The notes beneath the pieces were generated by a model that was not told where the DNA came from, did no database searches, and saw only the letters and a program-made list of their open reading frames with translations. Below, in pieces: positions 63,188 to 64,000 of a stretch of DNA of 64,000 nt. Each line of letters opens with the position of its first letter. The first letter of the stretch is position 1. The stretch is taken from NCBI GenBank assembly GCA_965213675.1, contig OZ243916.1, positions 2,112,001 through 2,176,000 on the forward strand, given 5' to 3'. The DNA is from an uncultured Candidatus Binatia bacterium (GTDB lineage: Bacteria; Desulfobacterota; Binatia; UBA9968; JAJDTQ01). The position numbers and the translations under genes were made by a program.

Positions 63188-64000
63188 TCAGCCCCTCACT
63201 TGAGCAAGTGCCAACGGCCACACCTCACCGCTCCCACTTGAACGAAGCAGCCAAGCTGCGACAGTGAAGGTCCAACGCGAGTCTACCATGTCATCCACAA
63301 GCAGCAATGGCCCGTCAGGCAACGCCTCTTCGGTCAAGGTCAACGAGCCGTCAACATTGCGTGCCTGCTGAGGGCCGTTCTCCATCGTCTTCTGTTCTGG
63401 GCGGTCTTCCGTCTTGACTACTACTTGCCGGAAAGGAAGCCCAAGAGAGTCGGCTAGGCGTCTGGCGAAATCAGGGACAAGTTCCGGATGCCGCCGTGAC
63501 GGGATACAAGTTACCCATTCAGGCGCCGGTTCCGGGCTCCAATCTTCGATCAACTCCCGGCACGCCCCAACCAACTCGTCCGAGAAATGACCGTCACCGT
63601 ACTTCCCCTGGCGCACCAAACCGCCCCAACCAGCGTCGCCCCAAACGCATAGTGCCTTGCCGGGTTGAGCCTGCAGCCCGGGATATATTCGCCCAGACAG
63701 CGTATAATGTTGTAGGCCTCCAGAAGGCCATCGCATTCGCGGTTCGAACGGCAGGCTCTTGCGTCGAAGAAAAGTGACCGCCGTCCGAACCAGAGCCGGG
63801 TCCGGCTCCGTCGCCAAAGGCGGCAAGCTTGGCGGAGACATGCCCTCCGGGTCTCCATCCAACGCTCGCACAAGAAACTCCATGTGACCGGAGTCGAGAC
63901 CCACGTATTCCTGCATCTGTTCCTGTTCCCTCTTCCGTAGTTCGGTGAGTCGCTCCGCCCGTTCCCAGAAGCCAGGACTCAGGACCGCGGCAGTCAGTTG
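63188..64000 (-). CDS. C-terminal part (5' end outside the window) of a PRTase-domain protein, probably a RecQ-PRTase fusion
   Basis: Open to the window edge; 'WGDAGWG', 'WVTCIPS..HPELV.DFA.RLA..LGLP', 'QK.MEN..QQ', PRPP loop '[12 protein letters not shown]'; stop 2 bp before the DprA-like start. Confidence 0.7.
   Translation of the reverse strand, partial: QLTAAVLSPGFWERAERLTELRKREQEQMQEYVGLDSGHMEFLVRALDGDPEGMSPPSLPPLATEPDPALVRTAVTFLRRKSLPFEPRMRWPSGGLQHYTLSGRIYPGLQAQPGKALCVWGDAGWGGLVRQGKYGDGHFSDELVGACRELIEDWSPEPAPEWVTCIPSRRHPELVPDFARRLADSLGLPFRQVVVKTEDRPEQKTMENGPQQARNVDGSLTLTEEALPDGPLLLVDDMVDSRWTFTVAAWLLRSSGSGEVWPLALAQVRG

Overview
GC-rich bacterial chromosomal window, apparently from a Gram-negative, deltaproteobacterium-like organism (lpxC, ruvCAB, clpS-clpA, TRAP transporter); the taxonomy is inferred from gene content only. 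It holds about 55 protein-coding genes and no recognisable rRNA, tRNA, CRISPR array or intact transposase. Housekeeping blocks (yceD, yebC-ruvCAB, rlpA, acnA, clpS-clpA, ilvD, a Sir2/CobB deacylase, otsB, phoX) alternate with CoA/organic-acid catabolic genes, transporters and accessory or defence-like modules: two toxin-antitoxin pairs, an orphan MAD3/MAD4-like ATPase pair, a 1745-aa exonuclease-RecQ-UvrD fusion, and a probable RecQ-PRTase plus DprA pair at the right edge. Standout observation: an NtrY-type sensor kinase is followed by a protein in which an NtrX-like receiver domain is fused directly to an LpxC with its catalytic motifs intact, suggesting a two-component system that controls the committed step of lipid A synthesis by phosphorylation. 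Notable non-coding structure: (i) a family of exactly 165-bp CTAG-bounded MITEs with two unrelated terminal repeats around one shared core; (ii) dRS3/REP-like palindromes, one pair of which has grown into a ~350-bp mirror-image array of 21-bp units that supplies the start codon of the double-helicase gene; (iii) a 14-bp tandem repeat in the vapB leader; (iv) an internally deleted relic copy of the ybdK-like ligase. Starts were often moved from the ORF track to the most plausible start codon. All product calls rest on motif recognition, not on database searches.
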